In this document: positions 1 through 14,500 of the stretch, in pieces
Numbering within the stretch: position 1 is the stretch's first letter
Layout: every line of letters begins with the position of its first letter
DNA from: Balanoglossus misakiensis
Taxonomy: Eukaryota > Animalia > Hemichordata
DNA length: 64,000 bases
Reading direction: 5' to 3'
Assembly (NCBI GenBank): GCA_040954595.2
Contig: CM082592.2
Coordinates: 9,969,677 to 10,033,676, forward strand
The notes under the pieces: generated by a model
Told to the model about the DNA's origin: nothing
The model's input: only the letters and a program-made list of their open reading frames with translations
The model's database searches: none
Made by a program: the position numbers and the translations under genes

Positions 1-653
1 TGTCTGTCTCGACAAAGAATATTTATGTGCCGCTGTTGTGAGGGACAACAAGCGATACTAACAGCTATTTGTCCCAGTTTGGAAGTTTTTAAAAAATAAA
101 CTAATATATAAAGGAATGTTTTCATCCAATATCTTTAAATAATAAATATACCAACTGTACGGCCTGCTTTGACATGAAACAACGCATTCATGCCACTGTT
201 TCTATGGACACCAGATGCTGAAGTCATGTGATTGGTTGCTTTGTGTCACATGACTGGCATCTGAATATCACTTTCTGAGTCGTGCTCTTGGAGACATGAT
301 AGTCATACTCTTACATGTAAAATTGCCAAAAATCAAAATTTTATTGTATGCCAATATATCACCATAATCACAAACACAATGTCCACAGCTTGCATAGATT
401 TTTGCAATGGAAGTACATGTATACCATTTTCCTGAGCAGACACTATAAGTTTTTCTGGATAAATGAATGGTATATGGCATCTTATCAAAATGCCAATCTA
501 CTGTCTTACACTCTAACAAGTATCCCTTCTGCCTGTATCAATTAACATATATATCATACATGATAAAAATAGGTACATCAAACTATGAAAGGATTTTAGA
601 TTGTCAATCAGACACATTGAAAAAAAACTACAATGACTGTATTTTTGGAATGT

Positions 654-2048
654 TCATGTTTTTAATTTACAGTATATGGCCTCAGGATCACAGTCTTCAT
701 ATTCCTTCATATTAGGATTATCTAAATCTCCTCTATTTGGATGATCCTTCGCATTCATATCATCTGACGGCGGCCCTGTGGTCCGTACACAGGCACATCT
801 TGACTGGGTTGATCCAGGCTTGAAGAGTTGTCGGGGAACCCCTACCCAATCTCTTTCAATGCCACCACTAAAAAAAGTTAAAAAAATAAAAGTCACAAGT
901 AAAATTTAAAGCTCTATCAGTTGGAATTTATTTCTGTCCAGTTATCGACTGCACACGATTGGGATATGCTCCTCACCTTTTGTTGGAACACCACACCCTG
1001 CCACCAGTTTTCTGTTTCCATTCAGAGTTACAGGGTGGGAATCTTTTCTTTACTTCCATATCAGCACTTTTTTCTTCCTCCCCTTTTGCTATCAAAGCCT
1101 CAACTTTGGCCAATTCCTCCGTTGGGTTTCCATTCTTGTCATAATATCTGCCCTGGAGTTTACCTTGAAATGGAATAGGGAATTATATTAAATGTATTCA
1201 GTTAACTTCTTGCAAGACCTCGAACATGCATCATTCTGTCTCTGACTTAATTAGTGCAAGAAGAGCACCACCATCTCCTTATTGTCATAGCTTTGCTGCA
1301 TAAATGCAGGAATGTCTGGCCAAACGAGACTAAGGTTAGTGAAACTGAAATGTCTCAGGTATATGCACTGCAATGTTTACACCCCTCCTCGTCCTCATCC
1401 ATCTTTTCCTTACCTGCATATTTATATTGCTTTTTATAGAAATCAACCCAGGATTTGACTTCTAATGATTGGGCTGGTGTGAAACCTGACAAATCGTCGA
1501 TAAGACCCTTTTCATTGAATTCACCTGTTACAAATGCTCTTGTACCATCCTTCCCTGCACAAAACAATTGAGAAAACAAAGATGAGAAAAAAGCTCCTCA
1601 GGTATAAAGTATATGATTATGGAATTAAGAATGCATGGATGATTACAATTCATCACCATGACAACACAATCAAGCAGTCATTACACACACACACGTACGT
1701 TCCGAATCAATGTATACCTGCAAAGAATTCATATCCGCCTCCAGGTCCATAATGTTTTCTCCCAGATGACACATCAAATACACTTCCTAATACTGCAACG
1801 CACAGCCCTTTACTACCAGGCCCTCCTGAGTAATCTCTCAGTTCATCAGGTGTAAACACTCTGGACGTCTGGGTGGGGGTGTTCTGTTGTTTCGCTGATC
1901 CAAATACAAGTTTCAATTTTTCTATCAAGTCGATCACAATCTGTTTACACGCCTGTAATGTTTCTGGATTCTTTGTAAAATAGTATCCGCCCAAAACGGC
2001 GAAGAAAGCGATCGATAAAGACACATAGAATAAACTTTTTATTGCCAT
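654..2048 (-). CDS. CYB5D2: Neuferricin (cytochrome b5 domain-containing protein 2, MAPR family), 4 exons, ~290 aa
   Basis: Exons 2048-1718, 1554-1414, 1163-977, 867-654, all GT-AG and frame-consistent. Hydrophobic N-terminus ([24 protein letters not shown]); cytochrome b5-like motif [42 protein letters not shown]; neuferricin-type C-terminus FPPCNSEW...[26 protein letters not shown]...RCACV...NRGDLDNP. Confidence 0.93.
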
Positions 2049-2547
2049 TGCACGCCTTATCCAGACCTCGACCAGTGCTAGAACTTTGTTGAAGGTGAAA
2101 CAGTGACTCGACAGCTGATCCGTTCCGTCCAACTAGTGCGCCACGTCGAATCTATTTTGGTAAATACGACAGAGAACTTGATCGTTGGATTTGTAATCCT
2201 ATTTGGTAAAATTACGGTCTTACATAATACGCAGGCGACGAGTCCCCGACGAACATCGATTTTCTGAATTTCCGCATTTCTCGAAGGGCGCTGACATCTT
2301 GGATTGAAAGCGAGGCGCAATTGCCGTAAAAAGTATTTTTCTTGTTGTTGATGTAGTGAATTTCAAGCGAAGTCTTCAATATAGTATATCTTTCAAAGAT
2401 GAAATAAAACTTTCTGTTCGAATAATTACAGTTCGTATATTAAAGACTGAAATAAATCAAACGGCTGCAAAACAAATACGTGTTGTTGTCGCAATATTAG
2501 AAGTGGTCCTGCGCAGTAGACATTGTCTGCCACCCAGGAAAGCGAAA
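2049..2547. promoter_or_regulatory. Bidirectional promoter and 5' UTRs shared by CYB5D2 (-) and MED15 (+)
   Basis: Divergent ATGs only ~500 bp apart; CpG-enriched relative to the introns; TGCGCA (NRF1-like) at ~2510 and YY1-like AAAATGGCGG overlapping the MED15 ATG. Blocks 2282-2331 and 2506-2622 are conserved in a second copy at 38531-38830. Confidence 0.75.
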
Positions 2548-5500
2548 ATGGCGGAAGAGTGGCGTACAGCAGCGTTTCGACAAAAAGTGATGGCCCAAAT
2601 GTAAGCAATTAACCTTTTCGTGGACGTTTGCATGTACTGTTAAAATTACAGGCGAATCTAAAAAGAGTGCTATATTTAAATCAGCGTCGTAAATGCTTTT
2701 GATCGCCCAGTGTCGTTATCGATCGTGTGTGTTTACATGTACTGCTTAAGTGCTTTAGTCCACTGCTTAACACTGCAATAACAATATATATATTATTATA
2801 TATATAGTATAGTATATAGTATAGTATATATATATATATTATATATATAAACACATACATATATGAATTATATATATGTATTATATTATATACTAATCTG
2901 ACTATATATTATAATATTGTACTATAAGTATAATATATATATAACATCTATATATATTATATCTGTAATGCACACACAAAAACTATACGTTCATATCATA
3001 TGCGCAACATTAATTAAAAGAGAAAGAATTTGATTTGATTTGAGTGCTCTATGCGATGTTATTGGTCACATTCTGTCATCTGTATGACTAAATTATCTCA
3101 TGGTTAACAAGGTCAATCACATGAGGTCTTTAGTCAGCGAAATTAAGTTGTTATGGTAACCATTCCCTTATGTGTATATTGTGTGAAGTTTTGATCTGTT
3201 ACCAGGATACAGTTTATTGCCATGGTAACCATTTCTAAAAAGGTCATCCAAGAATTTTGTGATGATGTCATGATGACGTTAGTTGGTGTTCTGGGATTTC
3301 GTGCTAAGGCTGACAAATACCAATTTGGCTGTTGTTTTCTTTGCAGAGAAGACGCAGTCCGGGCTGCTGGAAACCCAACGTCCAAATCAAGCATCGAAAT
3401 GGAAAATCATGTTTTCCAGAAGGCCAAAACAAGGGTAGGTGATTATTGGATTGACTGTTTATGGGCAAGAGTGAGATGGAGGATAAAATTAAAAGTTGGT
3501 GAAGAGGAGCTCATTAAATTGAATTTCTTGTTGTAAAGCTGTGTGTGAAATTGAATTATCTGTCCATGTCATGATGTGTAAGAGATAACCAAAGTAGATC
3601 ATGAACCAGAAACGCTTTAGTCTTTTTGTGTGTACCTTCTATGACCTTGACTCTCCTAACACACACACAGACAGACAGGTTAACCAGGTTTATGTCAGAG
3701 CACAGTCCCTCTATCACATGAGATAGAGTGACTGTGGTCAGTGCCAGCAATTATCATGATCACTGACATATTACATGTACTCACTCACTTCAGGTGCCTT
3801 GTCACATATAGATTGGACATTCCATGTGGAAAGCAATAGGTTGCCCTGCATTTGCTTCACATTGATTGTTGGCAGTGTTTTTAGATAGAATCTGGATGAG
3901 GTTGTTGATGTTGACTGTGTTCAGTGAAGTTCTGCTATGTTGTTCGGCTCTACAGAAAGTGCCAATGGATATCCGTTATGTAGGTGCCTGCCCTGGTTCC
4001 TCTGTGTGTTGTTGGTCTTTGCTGCAAATGCAAATGATTTGCTGATCTTGCAGGCTGAAGGGGGCAATCTACCATTGTGAATGGCTGGTTCAGAGTTCAA
4101 CAGGTGGAGAAGGAATCTTGGGTACCTCATTATTCAGTGTGAATTAAACTTTCACACCTTGAAAACAAAAGAAAGAACCTTTGGCAGTGTGGTGATTATG
4201 GCCCACTGCAAGTATACTGTACATGTTACTTGTACTAGTATTTGCAGACCAGTGTTCCTTCATATCCAATTCTGGCAGCAATAAAAACTTCTTTCTGGAT
4301 CTGTGTAGTCCTTAGTAGTATGCAGAGTTGATGCTTGAAAATCCAGTTCAACAGTAGTTCCCCAGAGCTCAACATGTGTGGAGGCTGGTTGCCGGCAAAG
4401 TTGCACTCCTGACATGTACATACATTCCCATTATGAAGGGAGCCCTCTGTCCATCATGTGAAAACTAACAGATGAAGGAGAATATTACCTTCTGTACATT
4501 GGGAAAATAGATATCACTGATATTTGAACCTAAAGAGAGCCCCCAGTTTTTCACATGTACTGTTTGCTATGCATAGTTTGAAAAGAGAGCCCCCTATCCC
4601 AATGGCAATATGGCAACCGGCAGATTACCATAATAATGGTAATAGCGCCCTCAACCGATGTTATCATACAGTGCATTTGTTTGTGTACTTGTTGCAATGA
4701 AGCATGAATTTATTAATAAAGATTTATTGAGAACTGTTATTTTGGATATCAACCATCTGTTGAAATTTATTTTGAATTCAGTAAATGTCATTTTATTGCT
4801 AAGCAACAGTTCCATTTTATGCTGCTTTTTCCTGTTATTTACTGTTTTCCATTTTTCATGGTCTCTTGTGGACGGCTCTGAGCTAGTCTTATACGTGATT
4901 TGATTATCAATGTTTTTTTCAAAGGGGGTACAGGTAAATGGAGTAGTGTAAAAGTAGGGCATTGTGACTTTTTGTGTGATACTGATGCTGAACTCTGCAA
5001 GAACTGTGATAATGTGATAAGGAAACTTTGATAACATCTGTACCCTTAATTATCATACTTCACAAAAGAAATATTGATAATAATCAGAGTTGAGTTTGCT
5101 CAATTTTATCTTATCCTTGTTTATAGGATTACTATTATTAGCTTTTATTTCAACTCAGACTGTTCAGGCAATGACCTTTCTTACACAGTGAGACACTGAA
5201 ATGACAGAAAAATTAAAAGGAATGTTTCCATGATTGGCAACTGAAAACTGGTGCTCACTGTAATCGAGAGAATACCGACTCGATTGTAGAGAAGTCTGAT
5301 GTTGGTTTGAAAGCTAATTCCGTTGTGTGCCCTGGGGTAATTTTCCATTCAATGAAAGGAATGTCTCTCTGAAAACAGTCGGCTTGACATTTGAAAATAG
5401 ATAATGCCAACGTTTTGCGTCTGTGATTTGCATATGAACTAAAAACAGCTGAGACTGATTTTCTTCAAATTATCACAGGTGATATTTCTCACAGGAGCTT

Positions 5501-8500
5501 TGTAGCCAATTTCTCTGAATTATGATGTAAAGGTAAAGTGACAATAAATTTTAAAGGAATTCAGAGTGATTTGCTATGTAATCCATTTTTTGGAAAATAT
5601 GGTTAATATGTCAGCCAAGCTTTTAAAAAAATACATATACTATATAATGGTACTACCTGATAATGCGTCTTTATTTTCAATTATTTGCATGCTGTTTCTT
5701 GTATTAAAAACCATGATACCAGCAACTCTGCTGAGAAATTGTCTGTTCTCTTATGAATATTAATAAACCTGTCTGGTTCAGTAAATTTTATTGATTACAG
5801 TACAATGCACCCCTCACTGTATCTGGTTACTTGCTCTTATTCAGACTGACTTAATTATCAAGGCTTGACATTTTCACGAACTCAGCTTAGCATGCAGCAT
5901 TTTGGTAAAAGCTGATCACGATTAGATATTTGAAGTAGCAATTGGCCCCGAGGAAACAAGTCGTTGCGAATGTTGATTAGCGTATCCCTAGCGGAATGAC
6001 GTCATTCAGAGTGGAATTTATTGCTCAGGTACATTCAGGGATGATGTAGGGATGATTAGTGCATTTTGCTTGTTCCCAGGTGTGTACTTTCAGGCGAGAA
6101 TGTCTGGATCAATTTCCAAGATTCTGAAGGATTGCTCTCAGATTCTGACCTTACAGCCAGGGTCTTTGATTTCAAGGCACCGTGCAAGACGATATCATTA
6201 ATGGTCAAATTTAAGGAATTTTCAGCAAAAATTGAAAGTAGTCAACTAATTTGACCATTGTAAAAATACCAGGTTTCCTGTCCTCATAAATTGATTGCAC
6301 ACTATTTTCTAAAGTCACTGAATAACATTTATGATATTGCTTTATGTTTTCCAGAAATGTTATCTTTGCATTCATACCCCACATTACTGCATGTTATTAA
6401 CATTCTTGGCTCCGTACATCCGGTAAATAGGAAGATTTCACGATTGAAAAGGTCAAGATATTTTACTGTACCCATTGCCTAGGGCCCCTGCAAAGACATG
6501 CGGAGCTTACCGGACTTGCAGATGGCTGAATAAACATAGAATTGACATCTGAGACTCGAAGTGTTCAACTGTGGTGAAAGTTTCAGAAACCTGTGATATT
6601 TCTGACAATCTGTTCATCTGTTTCGAAAGAAGGAAGATAGACACCATATTGTATGCTGTTATCACACATTTATGAACAGAACCTGAGCACTCAAGCCGTG
6701 ATATAAACAAGTGGCTTTGTGTGCTTTCATATTGCCATGCTTGTGCTACATGCAAAGAGTCGTGACTCTAGCATTTCTTTAGCAGCAATGTTACAACAAT
6801 CAGGATCTTCTGGAATAAGAAAAGAACTCAAATTCTCGTTTGTGTATATCACGACTCTCCCACACTTTCTATCTTCTAGTTTACTCTCTTATTTTCCCTA
6901 CATTTATTTTCAACATGCCCGTGTATTCTCAAAGGTCGGACAAGATGCCCTAGTTCAGCGGATCGGTAATCTGTATTATCTTGCGGATGTACAGTGTATG
7001 CATCTCTCTGCATGCAAGGTGGATAGAAAAAAATTGCTGGAGGGAGATTTGTAGATTGCAAGGTCGGGAGTTGGGATTTCATGCGTACATATGATGAAGT
7101 CGTTGGCCTATGTATTGTTAGTCGAATTGTATAGTTTGGGCATTGATATCTCACAGTCACACAGTATACATTAAAATATCAAGACTACACTAGGGCATTT
7201 TCTGAATCGATGCGTCATTCCTGGCTGAGGTCTATGAATCATTTGCTTTTCAGCTGATCTCTCAGGGGCCAGTGGAAAAGAGGTTCTTGATATTAAAGTG
7301 AGATGTCTGATCAAACAAATAGAACACAAAAATTTTACAAAATATACTGACTAAAAATGGAGTAACAAAAATTGTAACATAGTGAGATCATGTGATATTG
7401 GTCCTGCATGAATTGAAAGATGGAATTTCGTTGATCAGTGTTTTGTTTTTGTTTTTCTTGCAGGAGGAATACCTTGCCTTGGTTGCCAGGCTGATTCTGC
7501 ATGTCAGAGATATCAGTAAGTGTAGTTTATCTTTCACAATTCGATCAGGCTTCCCTGGTTTTATTGATGTTCGTGACATGTCTTGTGCAAAGATGAACAA
7601 CATAAAGGTCCACTGTGCAGTCCTGAACATACATGTGATTTTATGATTGGTCGACAGTTTTCGTTTCTTGAAGGGAATCATGTGATTATCATTACATTTT
7701 ACAGATGTGTATGTTTATTTCAGCGTACTCAACTCAAGTAAATAAATATCCATGTGAATAAACATGAGTTAAGAAGCATGATTTTCTGTCAAACCTTGCA
7801 CCAGCCGAAAAAACAGAGTGTTCCTGGAATGATAAATGTTTCCCCAAGCTGACAGAAGTTAAAAGTTAATACTGGCATCAAGTTTCACACTCTGGAAGAC
7901 TCCTCCAGAAACCACTTGCAAAGCCTTTGGTGTCCATCAAACCTTGGTAGTGGCTGATGTCTGTAAAGCAGTTTGGTTCAAACACTGCTCATACTTTTTA
8001 TTCGGAGTTTATAGGTTATCCTCAAGGACACAACAATGATCCACACGTACTCCACTTTTTGAGTACTTGCATGATACACTTCCTTGTCACGACTTCTTTG
8101 CAAAGGAAACCCAACAAGTACTTGCATATGTTGAGAGGCTTCTTAGATTTAGCCTTATAGTTTTCAATCTCAAAGGGTTTGCAAGAGCTCTTTAGGAATA
8201 ATATATCATTATTAGCGTTGTCGTTCATTGATCTTGATTTCAGCTGACATACCAAGATACCAAGAAGTTTTAGCCTGATACATATATTTATAAATTGACA
8301 TCAAGGCAGAAGAGATAGAGAGAGAGAGAACACAATCCATAACCTCCCCTCCACTTCTCTGGGATCTAGAAAAATGGTATCAGCCAAATACGTGTAAAAA
8401 AAGCCTCAACAGTATGATATCCAATGGTTCTGTAGGATGTGTTTTTGATTATTTTGAACTTGTGACTTTAGAAAAGATATCAGTGATATCAATGCCCAAG

Positions 8501-11500
8501 GCTAGTGTTATTGGATGCGAAAACCCCGCAATTATCCAGAAAATCATTTCAGCGGAAGTCTCATATAGTGAGTGCTGTTCACGGCCATTCACCTATACAG
8601 GTCAGTGACCCTGGAAGTGATCAATTTCAGATGAAAGAGACATCTTGTCTTGACAATGGCCTTTCCTCTGTGCTGTTAGTCTATTTCTAAAATAAGGCAT
8701 CTGCAATGGACGTAAACAATCTGATGCAAAACACATAAGCTGACATCCATATTAGCTCAACGTTCCTTTCTAACTGCCGGTTGTTGTTTTTCACTAACTC
8801 TCGCCTTTTAGTGTGAAAGAAATATCCTTGATAATTTCATGATCTGTTTTTCCTCAATTATAACAAGAAATCTTACCCTTTATTAATGCGTATACTGTTC
8901 TGCTTTTGCTGCAATTTTCACACCTAAAACCAAAACCATAAATATTTCATCATGATCCTGAACACATCAAAAATGATCTCTATGAAACAGAAGACATAAA
9001 TGGAATTTTCATGTCGCCTCAAGTTAAGAGGTCATTACTATGGCACAGATTTGCAAGCATTTTGATCAATTATAGATGAAAAGTCCATTTCTTTGTGTAG
9101 GTGGCCTGCTGAAAGTCTATTTGTTACCAAGGTGATGAAAACAAAGTGATACCGATTATATCTTTGCACTGTCAATCTCGGGTGTGCTGTGACATGATGC
9201 AGAACCAATGTAAATCATTGAACAATGACATTTGTTCACATTCATACAATTTCACTAGGACCAGGCCATGACTGAAACAATTCTTTGGTCTTTGTCCATG
9301 CTTGACTTGATCATGTGAAGTGACTGGCCAGCTCAGGTCTCATGCCGTGCCAAAATCAAAGTGAGATTTCCCACTGAGGCACGTCCATACAAATGATCAA
9401 AGCCCAATAAAAGCATGACAGGAAAATAACAGGTCAGACCTAAAGTCCTCTTTATGCCCAAACCAAACTTGTCCAACACACTGAGTCGATGTTGATTATT
9501 TTGAATCAACTTAAAACCTGCTGCTCTGAGCCAACGTAAACTGTTCAGTCTGAACTCAATATCAGAAGAAAAAGACATCTTTCAGGAAAAAAACTCTACG
9601 AATTATTAGGCTGTCCAGAGGGTAAGATTATTCTGTCTGATCAGATGACAGTAATTCACGTCAGACGTTGCTCTTAGATGGGTTTGATGAAACTAATAAG
9701 GTGACTGCAGGAGCATTGGGAATACAGGGCAGGTTCACAGGGTTCAGATTGATGCAATTTATGCTCGATGTATAGCATTCATTAACAATAACTGTCCTTC
9801 CTATGAAATCAACACTAGTGCGTCTCATTTATTCGTCTGTTTGATATCTTTAAGTGTAAAAATTGCTCGTACATGTTGATGGGAGGAAGCGCTTGCGAGA
9901 TTGTGTGACCTGTGACTGACTTATGTGCGGCATATTGACGGGAAAAAATATTTTATGATATGACTGCCGACGTATGAAATCTCTAACCGCAGAAAATATC
10001 TACTGTATCATTTCAAACTACGGTGTGTTTTATTATGTTTTTATCCAGGTCAGTTCATAAGCGTGTGTGCGATTAATGTACCAGTACATATTGTCGATTT
10101 CTCGTCCTACTGGGATGTGCACATCCTTACGCACACACATGGTCACAAAGTGTGTGAAGCATATGGAAACATTTGAAGATAAAACCAGTTATGCTTCTGT
10201 TTATTCGTAAACAGTATTTCTCGAAACATCTGTCCAGCTATCAATCCAATAACAGAACAATAATGTCCTTTTAAGATTAATTGTAATTGTAGATGTGCAA
10301 TATGGAATGATGTTGTGGACTTGTCATGATCAATAATTTAGTGTCAATACTTGCTATACTGTTACATGTATATGGACAAGCTTTGTTCACGAACAAAATA
10401 GAAGATTGAACAATGACTGCCACACTCGTCAAAATTACTGAAATACATGGAATGTAAAAAGTATGGTACTGTCTCTGCAAGGTGTATATTTTTGAGGTGA
10501 GTGCTTTTTTAAATAACGGAAAAAGTTTGACTGGTCATATCGGACTTGTGCAATGGGGGACGATATGGGAATTATGATCTTTTTGCCATCTGTCTCTCCT
10601 TGCCATTATTTATAGCAAGCCAGGCTTATTCTAAAGTGTGTTGACCCTTATATGCGATGGTCTCGAGAATTATCTAGCCAGGTTTTGCTAGAAGCAAAAG
10701 CACTTTTCAGTCCGGTTTTCCTTTTGTAAGACACTGTAAATTATCGATGAGGGTTGCACACAGCATTTTTGGCCCACGGCACAGCACACAACATAGTGGG
10801 CTTATGTCATCGTGTATTTGTGCACCTGTGTCTCTGTGTTCCAGCGATTACTCAAAAAGCTCTCAACCAAACTGCATGTCAATTGATGCGTGATATTTTC
10901 AGGGAATCCAAGATATGATCTGTATTTTCCATAATCTGTACTCTGTTCATTCCGTAAACTTAAAGGTCCAACTTTACCATAGAAAACAATGGATTTGGTA
11001 GTGAAAGGGCTAAACCTGCTTTGGGACTGTAAGGGCAAGGTTGCTATAAGCTTGCAGTTCTACAGGACAAGGGAGAGAGAGACACACTTGGAAGTGTTCA
11101 TCAAATATCCATAGTCTAGTCAGGATCTTGTTAGGTTGTGCGTTAATTGAAATAGCTAAAATTGTAATAGAATACCAAGATGTTTGTGACAAAATGCAGT
11201 GAAATTAATTGCAGTGAAAGATTGTTCATCATAGTGATCAGAATATATCTCAACAGAAGCTTTTTAGTGACATAGGCAAATATGTCCTCATGTTTCATCA
11301 TGGCATACATTGAAGCTTAGTCATGGAGAAAATGCTCCACCTCCACCAAATGGAATGGCCCAAGTACCGCCATACAGTACATTTTGTGAGGGTGTGGGTG
11401 TTTGCACTTTGTAAGCAAATTTACATGGCCGACCCAGAGTGCACTGGCATCTGAAATTGTCAGAAAAACTCTGTGTAAATATGCAGAATAAGCAAGACAA

Positions 11501-14500
11501 GATGTGAGATGTCAAATGATAAGGTTTCTCATAAAAATATGTAATATGCTCACAGATATTTACCCACTGCATATGCTACATTAATGTCTTTGTGCGTTGC
11601 CATAAAATAATCTCTAAAATTAGAATTTTCATTCGTATTATCATTTATTTGTACCACACCCAACTGTGTGTAGATTTGTTTGGAAATTTATATTTCTTGT
11701 ATATAATAAAAATTTAAACATAGATGCAAATTTATTTATATTTTAATTTTCACTAAAATGTACCTGAATACCCCATTTTACAGATTGAATCGTAGTTCTA
11801 TGAAAATGACATTTGCTGCACAATCCTTGTCAAAGTATCAAAAAGTAATTTGCAAATGGCGTCATAAGTTTTCTTAGAAGATGATTTCATGTGTTTTTTA
11901 TTAATATGATTGATATGCAGAATAGCAGAAAGTCGTTTTACATCTAAATTGAGATTGAAGTAGCGAAACAGAATTTGTTGTTGAGTACTGAGTGTGTAAC
12001 GTCACGTCATCTCTGTCTAGCAAGGAGTTCACTGAACGTAGCTCAAGAGGACAGCTGTACTTGTACATGGAAGTATCTTGGTAGAATATGCATTCTAGAG
12101 ACATACTGATATTATGCACTATAGACCAGAGCTTGCGTAATTTGTAAAGTGCATTTATATAAAACCCCAGGAAAGTTTTTCTCACTTCATAGTCCACAAT
12201 TCAGCTTCCTGTGAGAATCGTTTTTAAGTGACTTCATTCTGCTGTGGTGACTGATACAGCATAGACCTCCCGTGTAATAATCAGTGATTGTATTTGCTAA
12301 GCTGTTCCAAGTGGATTGCTTTTGAAATATTAAATTTGCACATGTTGAGAGAGGGCATGAAATTATCCAGGTTTTTGATGAAAAAATGGGGCCACAGGGC
12401 AGTCAGCTCTCCTACAGCACTGGGTATCAAGTTTATGTCATTATCCATTTTGTTCTGTCACTCAGTTCTTGGATACACTCAGAGGCGTGGCTACATTGTT
12501 TCATTCCTGGCCTCTGATTGGTCAGTTTTATCTACGCCTGTGATTGGCTGAGCATAACTGAATACATCCTGCATGAGGGGGGTAGCCACAAAACGAGACG
12601 ATGATAACACCTAACATTGAGCTGTCTATCGCTCCCACCAGCTATAATGAAAGGCTAGTGCGTTTATCACTGAATGGAAAAATAAAAGCAGCCTCGCATT
12701 TGAGAGAGAGAGAAAAAAAGAGAAAATTGAAGACAACGTTAGACCTTTATGAATAAAATGCGATGAGAAATGTGACGTACTTGACCCAGTGAACAAGCCT
12801 GTCATATTTAGTGACGAAAGAGGCAATTAGGTTACCGGTTAGGAATTGGAAAATTGAAACATCAGAGGCTGTGACCTTTGATTGGAATGGGAGGTGGTTC
12901 ATAGGGAATGGCCATGTAATATACATGAGTCAGCACCATAAAGAGGGATAATGAATGCAAATATGGGGGATTCAATGTGCTTTTGTGCAGTCTATATATA
13001 TACCGGTACACACGCACATATATAGCAGACAGCAGGACAGCAACGCGGCAATGTGAACATCTTGATAGCTACCAGTGCATATACGCAATCCAGACTGTTG
13101 CCAGGCACTGTGTACTTTCCTATTATAGAGCTGGCTGGCCACTTGTTTATAATTGCCTGCAGTACAGAGACAGACACTCCATGGATATGTACCTGTAGTT
13201 GTGTTCTGCGTCTGTTTCCAGGAACTTCAAACACACGTTGTTGCTGATGTACTCTAGTCTTGGCTGCTACCACATGTCAGACTAGCCCATTGCAACCATG
13301 TTTTATCCGTATTACTGTAAGTAGACTCCTGTATATAGTACGACCTTGCCCTGACTTTATCCGAGATATGTCTCTCTGTGTGTGTAGGAGTACATTGTCC
13401 ATGTGATAATGTCACAGCAGTGTGACTGTTCAGTGGTAGGGCAATGTGACTGTTATGTCATTGTGACTTCTGATCAACTGCAGGTGGAGTACCATGCTCA
13501 TGTCCACACCATTTACTTGAGATTCAAAATTTGGCGTCAAATTTCGCCCGAGAGGAAAACAGAAATTCTGTCCATTTATATTTCCCAGCTGTGCAATGCC
13601 ATGAAATGTCTGACAAAGGAGGTATTATTTTAAATTTCATAATTCATTTCATAAATTTATCATTACTGTAGATGTCTGGTTTCCATTTACGCAGCACTAT
13701 TAAATCCATATTTTCTTGTACGATGTACGCACTGCAGATTATGTCAATGGACTGATTTAAAAATAAAACGCCAATTGCCTAAGTGCTGTTGATAGAATTT
13801 CAGTCCAGTCGTGTCCATACTGTTCAAATTCCCTTTCAGTTTGCATCTCAGATCTGCATATAATCCTTTTTAGTGCAAACAAAAAAGATTCATTAAGCAG
13901 GACATTATTATAGCCGAAGGCAAGTGGATTTTGTATATAGTGGTGACTGATAGAAAACCAAATTGATTGCGTGGTATTTTATCAAAATAGATATGTACGT
14001 AAATACCAGTAAGAGGTGAAAGTTATTTTTATGGTTTTTTTTTTGCTCACTGATATTTTATTTTAAAAAGTATGCTGGTTGTAAATTGAATTTACATCAT
14101 AAAATAGTCATTGCAGTATCACTTTCATTCTTTGAGTATAGATAATATGGCAATTTGCTAAATAATTTGTCTTTCTATTATTAAACTGGTGAAAGTCAGC
14201 ATCCATTTTAAAATCAGACATCTTGAAAATTATTTCAGGCCAGTACAAGTGGTTGTTATCTGATAACCTTTGATCTGTCTGGTGTGGTATGTGGGAGATA
14301 TAATAATCTTAAAATTGTCATTCTGAAATAAACACAGAAATGTACGCACAGGCAAATTTTTAAAGTCATATTCATGAGTATATTGGACACCATACGGTTG
14401 TCCTGTCAAGTACACTACAAATAAACGATTCTTCCAATTGTACTATGTGTGATAATGTGATCTGAATTTCTGAACAGAGTAATGACATGGTTGATATCAG

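Noticed and set aside
2049-2132. N-terminal extension of CYB5D2 in the ORF track
   Set aside because: It starts at a TTG; the ATG at 2048 gives the expected signal/anchor N-terminus.
8822-8829. ATATCCTT resembling a U12 (AT-AC) intron donor
   Set aside because: Not at the boundary of any exon; all reconstructed introns are GT-AG.
10448-10466. tggaatgtaaaaagtatgg resembles mature miR-1
   Set aside because: One base is missing relative to miR-1 and there is no complementary 5' arm upstream, so no precursor hairpin forms.
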